This document shows positions 21,931 through 35,459 of a stretch of 64,000 nucleotides of DNA, piece after piece (position 1 is the stretch's first letter; every line of letters starts with the position of its first letter). Made by a program: the position numbers and the translations under genes. The notes under the pieces were generated by a model. That model was not told the DNA's origin, made no database searches, and saw only the letters and a list, made by a program, of their open reading frames with translations. The stretch comes from Octopus bimaculoides (lineage: Eukaryota): positions 66,323,655 through 66,387,654 of the forward strand of contig NC_068992.1 of assembly GCF_001194135.2 (NCBI RefSeq). Reading direction: 5' to 3'.

Positions 21931-23418
21931 GCCAGATAAGAAAAAAATTGCCAGTGTTCTGTGTAGTGAGGACCAAAGACTTGAGGTATTTTGTGTTGCA
22001 AGACAGTGTGTGAGACAGAATCGTAATGTCATGGGAGAGAAATGTGTTCGCATGGATGATGGTACGCTTGCACTAAATGAGGCTGCAAAGAAAGAGGTCT
22101 GGAGATGCCACTACGATAGATTGCTTAATAAAGAGAATGAATGGGAGAAAGAGAGTCTGCTGAATGTCGACCCAACAGAGGGACCAGCTATCCGAGTTGA
22201 CANNNNNNNNNNATGAATGGGAGAAAGAGAGTCTGCTGAATGTCGACCCAACAGAGGGACCAGCTATCCGAGTTGACAGTACCATGGTAGATAAAGCAAT
22301 TAAGAGTATGAAGACAGGGAAGGCCCCCAGCCCATCAGGAATCACTGCAGGGATGCTCAAAATATCTGGCAGTGCCGGCTATAGTCTAGTCATCCGTATT
22401 AACCAGGTGATACACGAAGGAGTCATACCCAATGACTGGTGTAGCAGCACCATAGTCAACTGCTACAAAGGTAAAGGCGACGCTTTAGATACAAACAATT
22501 ACAGAGGTATCAAGCTGTTAGATCAGGTAATGAAAGTCACGGAGAGGGTCATAGCCTAACTACTTAGGGAGCGAGTCAGTTTAGATGAGATGCAGTTTGG
22601 GTTCGTGCTTGGGAAAAGCACCACTGATGCTATATTTCTGGTAAGACAGCTTCAGGAGAAATACCTAGCCAAGGATAAACCTCTGTACCTGGCTTTCGTT
22701 GACATGGAGAAAGCCTTTGACAGGGACCCCCGATCCCTTATCTGGTGGTCAATGAGGAAAATAGGGATGAAAGAATGGTTAGTGAGAGCTGTGCGAGCCA
22801 TGTACAGAGACGCTGTCAGTAAGGTGAGGCTTGGCAACGAGTACAGTGAAGAATTCCGGGTAGAGGTAGGGGTCCACCAAGGTTCTGTCCTCAGCCTCCT
22901 TCTATTTATCATAGTCCTCCAGGCTATAACAGAGGAATTCAAGACAGGATGCACTTGGGAGCTCCTCTATGCTGATGACCTTGCACTAATTGCTGAATCA
23001 CTATCAGAACTAGAGGAGAAGTTTCAGGTGTGGAAGCAAGGACTAGAATCGAAGGGCTTAAGAGTCAACCTAGCTAAAAACCAAAATCCTAATAAGTAGG
23101 AAGGTAGAAAAAACACAAACACCTTCAGGAAGATGGCACTGCTCGATCTGTAGAAAAGGCGTAGGTGGAAACTGTATAAGATGCACCCAGTGCAAGCTAT
23201 GGACACATATGAGGTGCAGCAATATCAAAGGAAGGTTAACTAGGAAGTTAATTTTTGTATGTAGCAGATGTTCAGGAGCTATAAAGAATGTAAATGTGCA
23301 GAAAACAACTTCTGCCACATTCCAGGGAGAAAAACTAGACGTAGTTGATAGCTTCCGCTATCTAGGTGACCAAGTTAGTAGTGGTGGAGGGTGCGCTGAA
23401 AGTGTAGCTGCTAGAATA
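21931..23418 (+). mobile_element. RTE-clade LINE ORF2 fragment (RT domain with internal PHD finger), truncated at both ends
   Basis: NYRGIKLL, QFGF..GKSTTDAIF, FVDMEKAFDR, GVHQGSVLS, YADD (22968-22979), FRYLG. One in-frame TAA (22557-22559) and a +1 A in the run 23076-23080. Confidence 0.9.
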
Positions 23419-23763
23419 GCTGTGTAAAAAAAAAGGATGATTATATAAATCCGTCTTGATGTAATTTTCAAAATCCTACGGCAAAGCGAAATTTTTAATT
23501 GATAAATGAAGGGACATTACTGACGAATGACAAATAATAAATCAGAATAGTTTCCCTTCCATTGTAGCAATATCTCCAAATGGCAACGTGAAGGCAAAAT
23601 ACGCGAGGCTGTCACATGTTGAGTGGAAGGGAGAGGCAAAGCGAGAGAGGGAGACAGAAAGAAGACTGGTAAGAGGTGAGAGATTGGATATTTGAAGGGA
23701 GGAGTAGAGAGAACATTTTTAGCGGAAGGGATGTGATGTATTGGAAAGAAATTAAGAGTGAGT

Positions 23764-23794
<31 letters not shown>

Positions 23795-24025
23795 TGATAT
23801 GTATCTATCTGTCTGTCTGTCTGCTAAATCCACTCATGAGACTAGTTTTTCCTGAGTTGTAGTAAAGACACTTGCCCAAGATGTCATGTAGCAGAAGTGA
23901 ACCTGAAATTACATGCTTTGGAAGCAGGCCTCTGAACAACACAGCTCGTGTGTCTATTTTATAATGTTGGTGTGTGTTGTGTATAGTGTTGTTGAGTGGT
24001 AAGCATATAACATGTCATTATTATA

Positions 24026-24057
<32 letters not shown>

Positions 24058-24633
24058 TAGAGTGCTGGGGTAACTGTTAAATGGTATCATATTATGTCTC
24101 TTCTCTTTGTGAATTCATACATAACATGGCTCAACGTTGCCAATCTATCCTTGCATGGTCAATTAAACTCAACTACCAATGACTGCATGATGTTGTTGAT
24201 TTCCCTTCTCCTATTCTCCCTCCATTAGTATATATGGTGTTTCTCTGAACAATAGTTATATAAATTGTCATCAATATAAGGGCAGATGTAATCGACTCAC
24301 CCAGCCCCTGAAATTGCTGGCCTTGTGCCAAAATTTGAAACCAATATTAGCGCAGTGGAAAGAACAGAACTGAGACAAATGATGGACAACAGCACCAAGT
24401 AATGTTTAATTATAGTTCTTCCTGTTCTTGGCTGTTCATAGGTTGATCAAATAATGTATTGATTAATTAAAGTATCAAATTTCCATTTAAGTTAAAATCA
24501 CACTACAATGGATATTGCCTTTCATGCTTCAGAGTTCGTTAAATAACAACTCAGTTAATTACTGGGTCGTTTTGATCAGCTGCTTTGGCCTCTATAAATA
24601 GTTGTCCTTGTGCCTGTGCAAGACATAGTTCTT

Positions 24634-24666
<33 letters not shown>

Positions 24667-24740
24667 CTGAATTGTCAGAAACACCCAAATGTCTTTCTAT
24701 AGATCTCCGATTCATAAATTGGTCTTATGCTTAGTCATTA

Positions 24741-25092
24741 GTCATTATTATTGGTGCACTAGGAGCATGGCTTTAGAAGCTAGGAATTACCATCAGGATG
24801 GGACTGTTGCAGGAAACAGCCTTGTTAGGAACAGCAGGGGTTCTAAGGAGAGTGTTAGAAAGCTGAAGGAGAAGAAATTACCCAAAGGACCTTTGGCTAT
24901 TGGAAATAACTCACCGTTTTGGTATAGTGTCAGTATAACATCTGCCAGAGCAAAAGCTGAGCAAATACTGCCAGAATAATCAGGAAAGTATTAGTTGAAA
25001 AGAACAGATAGTATGGTACCATAGGCTGCAGGCAGCAAGCCCACTATGCAAGCAAGACTCCAGAAGTTCCAACAGAACCTGAAGTAAAAAGA

Positions 25093-25154
<62 letters not shown>
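24741..25154 (+). mobile_element. Two tandem 3' ends of R4/Dong-like (RLE-type) non-LTR retrotransposons ending in (TAA)n
   Basis: 24741-24866 reads VIIIGALGAWL*KLGITIRMGLLQETALLGTAGVLRRVLES*. A second end TARIIRKVL starts ~24967, followed by a UTR and ~20 TAA units (25093-25154). (TAG)n lies just upstream (~24635-24660). Confidence 0.7.
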
Positions 25155-25155
<1 letters not shown>

Positions 25156-25728
25156 TTTATTTTCAATTAGTTAGATAAATGAATTTTTTCCTAATCAACT
25201 TTTATATTTGGTCCTTTCTTGTATTAATCTAAAAGTGTTTCTGTATTGTGTGTGAATTCTGACTATTTTGGGAAATATCTCTTTTAATGACAGCAGTGAG
25301 AAATACAGTAAAAGACAGTTCTCAGGGTATAAAACAGAATATTTAGAACAGAGTATATACAGAAACACGTGGTTAGAGTCAGAGCATTGACAAAAGTTTG
25401 GTGAAATAATCAAAGAATTGTATTATCGGTAATTCTTACTTTACAGAGCTTTAATAACTTTGGATTACTATGGTTCCACCATTGGTAAAGATGGCATTGT
25501 TTGTAAAGAATTCTCTTTCTGTATAAATGAATGTGTGTGTGTGTGTGTGTGTGTGTGCACGCGTGTATGTGTGTGCACGCGTGTATGTGTGTGTGTATGT
25601 GTGTGTGTGTGCATGCATGCATGTGCTTGTGTGTGTGTGTGTGTGTATTTGTGTGAATATGTGTCTATGCACATGTTTTATGTATTCTGGTTTTACAGCA
25701 ATGCATGCAAGTGTCTGTGTGTGTGTGA

Positions 25729-25763
<35 letters not shown>

Positions 25764-25822
25764 AATATATGTTGTATGTGTGTCTCTCTATATATATTTA
25801 TATAATATGATATATATGTGTC

Positions 25823-25879
<57 letters not shown>

Positions 25880-26135
25880 NNNNNNNNNNNNNNNNNNNNN
25901 NNNNNNNNNNNNNNNNNNNNNNNNNNNNNNNNNNNNNNNNNNNNNNNNNNNNNNNNNNNNNNNNNNNNNNNNNNNNNNNNNNNNNNNNNNNNNNNNNNNN
26001 NNNNNNNNNNNNNNNNNNNNNNNNNNNNNNNNNNNNNNNNNNNNNNNNNNNNNNNNNNNNNNNNNNNNNNNNNNNNNNNNNNNNNNNNNNNNNNNNNNNN
26101 NNNNNNNNNNNNNNNNNNNNNNNNNNNNNNNNNNN

Positions 26136-26192
<57 letters not shown>

Positions 26193-26359
26193 TATATAAG
26201 TATATATGTATATTCAGCTATTCTAAATGTATTATAACTAACTATGTAGTATAAACTCAGTACAAAATACTGTTGACTTCTGTATTCAAGTCTGTGGTGT
26301 CGCTTTGTCTCTTTCTAACAAAAAATACTGTTTCATGTGTGCATGTGTGTGTGTATGTG

Positions 26360-26403
<44 letters not shown>

Positions 26404-26604
26404 TGTATGTGTGCATGTATGTGCAATTGTTTGCCAAGTTATCTGATTTTACTGAAGTGTGTGTCTATGAGAGAGACACATATACATGCATGCACACCCA
26501 TTAGATATATTTTGTGTGAAGCAGACAAACATATTACTCCAACAAACTCACACATAAGATAACAAAAAAGCCCATGTCATCTGAAGTGATGAGGAAGCCC
26601 CTGT

Positions 26605-26803
26605 GCCACCACTTCTCAATCACGGCTCCCAGGGCTGCACGTGGCTCTCAAGCATCCTTCTAGCGGCCCTCAATGGTCTTCCTTTTATAAATATAATATT
26701 TTTTTCTTTAATTGACTTGCGTTTTACTCTTTGGTGTGTGAGTTCCCTAAAAAAATCCAGGTTTTGTATTTGGCTCAGAAATTAAAATGCTTGAGAACCT
26801 CTG
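26605..26803. mobile_element. Second copy of the hAT-type MITE family seen at 3505-3703
   Basis: Shared internal sequence (ccagggct..gc..caagcatcc...aattgacttg...aaaaatcc.ggtttt) and right end ttgagaacctctg. Confidence 0.65.
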
Positions 26804-28257
26804 CACTACCTAGTTGCGTAATCTGCAAGAAATAGCAGCCAAATCTTGTTCAAATCAAACTCTTCCTTCTTACATGTGGTCGGGAAGGAAACGTCTTATT
26901 ACACAGCCATGCCAACACCTATACATGTACATTTATTGATAGATGGAGACATTTATACTTGTAGATATTAGTTTCTAATATTGATACAAGGCTATACATT
27001 AGGAGATGTAAAGTCAATTAAATCAGCTCCCGTACTTGAGTGGTATTTTGTTTTATTAACCCTGGATGAAAAGCATAACTAATTTAGATGCAGTTCCGAC
27101 ACAGAACACAAAGCGCCATAGCAAAACACTGCAGGACATTTTCTCCAATTATCTGTCATTTCTGCTGATTCTCCTCACATGTACTCGTATATATTGGCTT
27201 CAAAATTTGGCACAAGGCCAGCAAGTTTAGGGGAGGGAGCAAGTCGATTACATCGACCCCAGTGCTCTTATTTTATTGACCCTGAACAGATGAAAGGTAA
27301 AGTCAACCTCAGTGGAATTTGAACTCAGAACATGAAGATGGATGAAACATGTATCTGCGTATATTGGCAATCTTTTAACAAGCTAAGGAGGGAGTTTCTG
27401 CACAGTTGTTTGACTTACTAGGCATAGCAACCGAATCTCCCTACAATCTTAGAAAAAGTAGGACACATTGGATAAGGTAGTCTGTTTCTCATTAACCACA
27501 GCAAACATTTTCAACATTTGGCAACAATCTCCAAATGATTTGAAAAATACTGAATTGCTATAAAAGCTATAAAATCTAAACCTACAAGGGAGTTCCTTCA
27601 TTTCCCTCTTCAAAGTTACCATTATTAAGGAGCACTCTGTTATGCCTATAACCCTAATCAACTGCTTGAGTTTCTCAACACACTAAACATCCTTCACCAT
27701 TTTTTTCTCTGACCAAACTCTCAAAAATACTTCATTTAACACAATTACGAAGCTATTCAAAATTAAGATTAGACTTAACCCCTTCAACAATTTACATCCT
27801 TTGACCAGGACATTACACGAAATACCCACAGACCAGTGTACTTAAGGTTTCACCTTTCTGTTAAAATGGTAGGTCAGTTCTTTTATTCCAAAGATAGGAT
27901 AGGTCTCTGTAATGTTTGATGAATTTCTTTGAAAGGTGTGTCACTAATGGACTTTTCTGAACCTAGTAACATAAGAAGCATAAGAAGCATGCTATAAACG
28001 AGTTCTTTTAAATTTGTTCATTCAAAAAGCTAAGTGTTAATGGATTTCTTAAATTTATATTTAACTTTGGTTTAGGTGTGTTAGTGTACACAAACACATA
28101 TTAATATAATGCAAGCATGTGCTCACACACATACACCCACACACACTCACACACACACATACACACGCGCACATGCATAAATACATGTTCTTATATATAT
28201 ATATCATCATCATCATCATCATCATCGTTTAATGTCCGTTTTCCATGCTAGCATGGG

Positions 28258-28294
<37 letters not shown>

Positions 28295-28711
28295 NNNNNN
28301 NNNNNNNNNNNNNNNNNNNNNNNNNNNNNNNNNNNNNNNNNNNNNNNNNNNNNNNNNNNNNNNNNNNNNNNNNNNNNNNNNNNNNNNNNNNNNNNNNNNN
28401 NNNNNNNNNNNNNNNNNNNNNNNNNNNNNNNNNNNNNNNNNNNNNNNNNNNNNNNNNNNNNNNNNNNNNNNNNNNNNNNNNNNNNNNNNNNNNNNNNNNN
28501 NNNNNNNNNNNNNNNNNNNNNNNNNNNNNNNNNNNNNNNNNNNNNNNNNNNNNNNNNNNNNNNNNNNNNNNNNNNNNNNNNNNNNNNNNNNNNNNNNNNN
28601 NNNNNNNNNNNNNNNNNNNNNNNNNNNNNNNNNNNNNNNNNNNNNNNNNNNNNNNNNNNNNNNNNNNNNNNNNNNNNNNNNNNNNNNNNNNNNNNNNNNN
28701 NNNNNNNNNNN

Positions 28712-28752
<41 letters not shown>

Positions 28753-29459
28753 CATAGATAGACAGACAGATAGATAAGGCATGTTATTCATATAGAAGAT
28801 TCTGGAAATACCCAAATATTTCTTTATAGTCAGCTTTTAAATGCCCACACTATCATGGTGGAACCCCACTTTTACACAACAAAGACAAGGTTAAAGGAAA
28901 GTCTGAAGCAAATGGAATTAGATCTACAATGTTAGATCTACAATGTTAGATCCATAATGTTGAATCACTTTGGTAAAATGAAGTCTTTTAGAGAGCTTAC
29001 AGTTTGAAGAAAAGGTGATTGGAATGTAAGAACATAATCCACTCACCTTAGAACAAAACCTTACCTTTAATTTTGTCATATTTCTACCAATTTTGCCATA
29101 CTTTATCTACTTTTTATCAATTCTGCTTTTCATTTGGCTTCTATCAGGTTTTATGAATAATTTCTTATCCTTTGACTCCGAGTATACATACATTGTTGTT
29201 GAAACCATATATATATCATCATCATCATCTAGTGTTTGCTTTCCATGCCAGCATGGGTTAGATGGTTCGACTGGGACTGGTAAGCTGGAGAGCTGCTTGA
29301 GGCTCAAGTTGTCTGCTTTGGCTTGGTTTCTACAGCTGGATGCCCTTCCTAAAACCAACCACTTCACAGAGTGCTCCACTGTGTGTTCTGTACAGTACAC
29401 TGGCATGAGTGCCTTTTACGTGTCACCAGCACTGGCATTGACCATATTTCACTTACCTT

Positions 29460-30240
29460 GACATATTTTCTCAAGTGTAGCAAATCACCAGAAGTCTCTG
29501 TGAGGCTCAACAACCAGAGATCATATTTTACCACTTTGTCCTGCATCATCCTGGGTCTGCCCCTTCCATACTTCCTTTCACAATCAGAGGCTGACACTTC
29601 TTTGTGCAGCTGTCCTCATCAATATGCATCACCTGACCATACCAGTGCAGTTTTCTCTCTTGCACACTACATCTGATGCATCTTATACTCTTGGTAAACT
29701 CCTACCTGTACACTGAATTCATTGCTATATTCATCATTACAAACGTTCACCTTACTGACAGTATCCCTGTACTTAGCTTGTACGGCTCTTGCCAACCACT
29801 TATCTATCCCTAGTTTCTGCATTGACCAGCAGATAAGAGAGCAGGTTACCCTGTCAAAGGCTTTCTCTATGTCAACAAAAGCCAAATACAGAGATGTATC
29901 TTTGGCTAAGTATGTTTCCTAAAGTTGCCTTACCAGGAATATAGCACCAGTAGTACTTCTCCCTGGCACAAAACCAAACTGCATCTCACAAGGGCAGCCA
30001 GTCTTAAATCCTCTGTTATGGCTTGGAGGACTATAATGAACAAGTTGGGACTGAGAACCGATTCTTGGTGAACTCCTACCTGTACACTAAATTCATTACT
30101 ATACTCATTGCCGACTTCACCTTATTGACAGCAGTCATGTTCATGGCTTGTACAACTCTCACCAACCACTCATCTATCCCTAGCTTCCATATTGACAGGG
30201 TACCCTGTCAAAGACTTCCTTCATGCTGACAAAAGCCAAG
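29460..30240 (-). mobile_element. Cluster of degenerate RTE fragments (3' end plus two overlapping RT pieces)
   Basis: Minus-strand AFVDIEKAFDRVTCSLICWSMQKLG... (29667-29885), a second diverged piece of the same RT region (~30005-30240), and the GRPR-containing 3' end (~29460-29680). Confidence 0.75.
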
Positions 30241-30801
30241 ACATATATATTTGTGAGCATAATAGAGCACATGTATATACATGTGTGTGTGTGTGTATTA
30301 ACAAGTTGATTTAGCCCTAAATCAAGATTTGAATCATTGGAAACACAGGATTGAAGTAATCTGTCAATGCATACGTTTAATACGCACATACACACACACA
30401 CACAGCCATATATATATATATATATACAGGTACACATATCAACAACTAAAGATGTACACACTACATCATGTGGATGTGTTGTGTACAGTTTTCATTTATT
30501 GATACACTTACCTGTACATATATGTGCAAGTGGATGTAACTGTGTGTGCGTGTGTGTGTGTGTGTGTATACATACATAAATATGAGTAAGCATACGTAAA
30601 TATTCATACATATATTTATATATATATATATATGTGCCTTATCTTTGATAATTGAATATCTTTTCAATCTTCTGTTAGATATCTGAGACGTTAATGAGCT
30701 TCTGTCTGAGAAAACAGACATTATAGTGTTGCTGTTGTTGTTGCTATTGTTACTGTTGATGATGATGACAATGATGAAAATGGCAACAATAATGATGACA
30801 G

Positions 30802-30842
<41 letters not shown>

Positions 30843-31208
30843 GCATTGAATCTCTGTAACACTTTTTTCTGGCATCAGAACAGCTTCATATCACCCATCC
30901 TCTTCTTCAATGTCTCTTAAATGATACCTTTAAAGTTCCAAGATTATAAAAAATGTTATTTTAGCAAAGTCTCTAAAACCAGGAAATTTTTCTTGATATC
31001 ACTAAACATGGTTGCTAGAAAGAACAGTAAAATTTCTCCCAACTGATGCCTACATTGGATAAGGTGGACCTAGGCTTCTTTCAAGGAAAAACAAGGTGGG
31101 ATGGTGACACATGGAATTACTTTAATCAAAGATTTCCTCCCATTAGAACTGGTGTTTTGATTCTCCTGCCTTTTCACCCGGTTACACATCAAGGATTTGA
31201 CAACTGAA

Positions 31209-31239
<31 letters not shown>

Positions 31240-32546
31240 TAACACCATTATTTGACTGGTACTCCTCTTCAGTTGAATAGAGTTGAGCCATATGTAATGA
31301 AGTGCCTTGCTCAAGGACACAGTACACTTCCTGGCAATTGAATGCTTGATATTTTGATCATGAGCTGAACACCATAACCATGTTGATGGTGATGATGATG
31401 ATGATGATGAGACTGATGCCGAAGATATGTTTGTGTAATGAGGTCATGAAATTAATGAGAAGCACCAGAATGGAATAAGTTTAATTATAATTGATTATCA
31501 TACAACAGCAGTGGTTATTATACCAGTCAGATAAGTTCATATGATTGCACAAAACAAGCTGTTGTTGGTACTGAAGTAAAAGTTTAGGAAATAAACACAG
31601 CCTTCACCCATCTCCCTCTCTCGGAATACAATAAAAACCAGCAATGAAGTTTTACTGGTATTTTAGATGGAAATGTTATAAATGTGTAGATATAAAAAAA
31701 AAGAAAAGAAAAAAGAATTAGTTTAAGTGTGTGAAAACATTGCTAAAATTCTCTTGTAAAGGAGTGTTGACACTTTATAATTAATTCAGAAAATGTACTG
31801 AATTCATTAATTTATACCAATTGTCCACTGATTAGCAAATATGATATGCAATGAGTTGTTGTTTAGTTACAGCAAGAGAGCTGAGAAAGCAGGGGGTTGT
31901 AAGATCCGTTTAGTCTTGTCTCATTGCAGACCCTTCAACTTGTCAAGTGTTGGGACCTCAAAAAACACCCAATATACTCTGTAAGGTGGTTGGCAACAGG
32001 AAGTGCATCCAACCTTAGAAACCCAGTATTTTCTGTAACTGTCTATATTGCTTTCTCCCAAAGGCACAAGGCTTGAAATTTTGAGAGTTGAGATGGGGGT
32101 TAGTTGATTATATTGACACCAGTGCCTAACTGGTCCTTATTTTATCAACCCCAAAAGGATGAAAGGCAAATTCATCCTCAGCCGAATTTGTTAGCTGCAT
32201 TTTGTCTGGCAATGCTGACAATTCTGCTGCCGGTCCATGGCCTTATTGTCTTTCTAAACCTTGTGATCTGCTTGTCATTTATTCTCTAACCTTTCTGATC
32301 CTCAACTTAATGTTGATAATCACCCAATCATGTAAAGAGTTGGCTAACAATTTTAGATCTTTTTCTATGTTATAGGCATAGGCTTAGATGTGTAGTTAAG
32401 AAGCTTGCTTCCCAACCATGTGGTTCTGAGTTCAATCCTTTTGTATGGTACTTTGGGCAAGCGTCTTCCACTATAACCTGGAGCCGGCCGAAGCCTTGTG
32501 AGTGGATTTGGTAGATGAAAACTAAAAGAAACCCATTGTGTGTGAG

Positions 32547-32599
<53 letters not shown>

Positions 32600-32789
32600 N
32601 NNNNNNNNNNNNNNNNNNNNNNNNNNNNNNNNNNNNNNNNNNNNNNNNNNNNNNNNNNNNNNNNNNNNNNNNNNNNNNNNNNNNNNNNNNNNNNNNNNNN
32701 NNNNNNNNNNNNNNNNNNNNNNNNNNNNNNNNNNNNNNNNNNNNNNNNNNNNNNNNNNNNNNNNNNNNNNNNNNNNNNNNNNNNNNNNC

Positions 32790-32850
32790 ATCTCATCCCA
32801 GGTTTTCCTGGGTTTACCTCTTCTACAGGTTCCCTCAACTGCTAGGGTGT

Positions 32851-32854
<4 letters not shown>
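32790..32854 (-). mobile_element. Short RTE 3' fragment
   Basis: Minus-strand CHTLAVEGTCRRGKPRKTWDE, the RTE C-terminal R-G-R/K-P-R-K-T-W motif; abuts a gap. Confidence 0.65.
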
Positions 32855-32897
<43 letters not shown>

Positions 32898-32924
32898 GTA
32901 TGTATGCATGCATGTATGTATGTA

Positions 32925-32955
<31 letters not shown>

Positions 32956-33170
32956 TTCTTGACATCACAGGATGGCCATAGAAAGAGCATCATCATCATC
33001 ATACAAGCAAGTGTGTTTATTTCCAATCTTCCATGGAAAGCATGTCTTACAGAGGGCAAATATCACCTGGCTTGGTGATGGTTGTTGATAGGAAAGGGAT
33101 CTTGCCATAGAAAACCTGCTTCAAGAAATTCCATTTGATGCATGCAAGCATGGAAAAATGGATGTTAAAT

Positions 33171-33330
33171 CATCATCATCATCGTTTAACGTCCGCTTTC
33201 CATGCTAGCATGGGTTGGACGATTTGACTGAGGACTGGTGAAACCGGATGGCAACACCAGGCTCCAGTCTGATTTGGCAGAGTTTCTACAGCTGGATGCC
33301 CTTCCTAACGCCAACCACTCAGAGAGTGTA
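33171..33330 (-). mobile_element. Very young (GAT)n-tailed SINE / RTE-tail retroposon copy
   Basis: Reverse complement differs from 58384-58524 at 1 position and from 50308-50454 at 3 positions; CpGs retained. Confidence 0.85.
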
Positions 33331-34069
33331 TAATGAAGATGTTTTTAATTATTGAGAGGAACAATTGCTCATTAGGAGGAATTTTGTGTTCACAATCGCC
33401 TCCCTGTTTTGTTTCCTTAATGTCTCTCAAGCCCGTCTAAATTGTTGGTAACCGGATTTTTAAAGTTCATTTACACCACAGAATTCCAGGATTACCATGC
33501 TCTTCTCATTTCTTATCATAGCTCTAACCTCCATGTATACCAATGCTCTTGCCCAGGGGTTTTCTGACATCACCCTTAGGCTTGCCATGTTTCTGCATTT
33601 AGAGTAACAAACAACAACTGTTACTCTTTGACCACATCTACTCTGCTGTGGCCACCACCGCAGTCCTCTGGAGTACAGAAATATCTGGACTGTGGAGAGA
33701 GGAGAGAGTACATGCCCAGTTTGTCCAATGTTCTACATATAATTAACCCCATTGTATGTCAGAGTAAATAGGATTAAACTCTTTGAATCAAAGGTTTGCT
33801 CAAGCAGATCGGACCTGGGGCTAAATAACACTATCTTTACACTGATAATATCAACTATGGAACTAGACCTACTTTTCATGGCGTCTTCATTGATAAGTAG
33901 CAGAGCCGGAAGTTAAGAATCTTGAGAGAAAGTTTGTTGAGCAGTTATATTTTTGGACAAGCATGATGTGCGTGAAACATTTAGGCATAAAAAAAAGGCC
34001 AAATCATTAGATGGCCACTCACTACTGCTGTATTTCGATTTGTAGCAGTTGGGAACCTATGTTGTATGC

Positions 34070-34121
<52 letters not shown>

Positions 34122-34128
34122 GTGTGTG

Positions 34129-34168
<40 letters not shown>

Positions 34169-35459
34169 AGGTGAGATAGAAAGCAGATGTAGATAGCTAT
34201 ATATAAAAGAGAAAAACAAGAGCCACGGAAGAAAGGGAAAGCAATAGATGTGAAAGAGAGAGAGCGAGAGAGAGAGAGAAAGAGAGAAAGAGAGAGAGAG
34301 ATGATAAAGAGAGAGTTGAAAGAGAGATGAGAGAGAGACTGAAATAGAAAGAAAAGTAAGATATACTGATATACAGAAAGGAGAGATAATGAAGGAGAGC
34401 GGGGGCTTAATTAGACAAGAATACCGAGAGGGAGAGAGGGGGTCGTAGAAACAGATGAAGAGGGGTATGATAATGTGAGGAGTGACAAAGATACGACGAA
34501 GATCGATCGATTGATAGAAAGAAAGATTGAACAGCACGTAGTGTGTGACAAAGATAACAATAGGTATCAAATGCAACACGCAAAGAAAGAGTAAGTAGCT
34601 AAGGATAGCTGAGAACTATATTAAAGCTGAGATATCATCTTGTGTTATAGAAATAATGATATAATAGAAGAGAGAGAGAGAGAGAAATGGTGGTAGGTAC
34701 TATATGTGACAAGAATCAAACTCCTGGGAGAGATAGATTAAGAAAGAGAGAGATGTAGAAACTGAGAAAAAGTAAAAGCGGGTCACTTCACATTTGACAG
34801 GATTTGAGGTGTTGCTGAGTGAAGCTATGAGAGAGAGAAGAGAAGAGAGAATAATACAAGGTGGAATAGAGTAAAAGATAGTAAACTATAAAGAGGGAGA
34901 GAGAGAGAGAGACAGACAGATAATAGACAGAGTGAGTGAGTGTGTTAGGTCTCTTAAACGTGAAGCACGGCAGCCCACTGCTATGTCGCTTTAGAATACC
35001 TCAACAGCAGACAATTACCTTTCCCTCCTCACACAAACTCAACTACATACATACATACATATATATANNNNNNNNNNNNNNNNNNNNNNNNNNNNNNNNN
35101 NNNNNNNNNNNNNNNNNNNNNNNNNNNNNNNNNNNNNNNNNNNNNNNNNNNNNNNNNNNNNNNNNNNNNNNNNNNNNNNNNNNNNNNNNNNNNNNNNNNN
35201 NNNNNNNNNNNNNNNNNNNNNNNNNNNNNNNNNNNNNNNNNNNNTATATATAGGGAGAATTCTATACACAGACATACACCTACCCAGACGTATATGTTTT
35301 CCATGTGTAAATATACAGTATTACATGTGTGTATGTACGGTGAAACCACTTGATGGTGGCGGGTACTCTCTCTCTCTCTCACTAATTAACTTCAACATTC
35401 ACCATTCCTCCTTCCGTGTGGATTTACCACCAGCTGCTACTTAGAGAGGGAATTAGTGT

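Noticed and set aside
22137-22278. Exact 66-bp direct duplication in the RTE (22137-22202 and 22213-22278)
   Set aside because: The two copies flank a 10-N gap and are identical: the signature of unmerged overlapping contig ends.
23140-23271. LINE PHD finger captured from the neighbouring ASH1L PHD exons
   Set aside because: No nucleotide or notable peptide similarity beyond the zinc ligands; co-occurrence in the window looks coincidental.
22652-23318. Minus-strand ORFs (100, 60, 82 aa) and similar + ORFs at 29722-30229
   Set aside because: Antisense shadows of RTE reverse transcriptase sequence.
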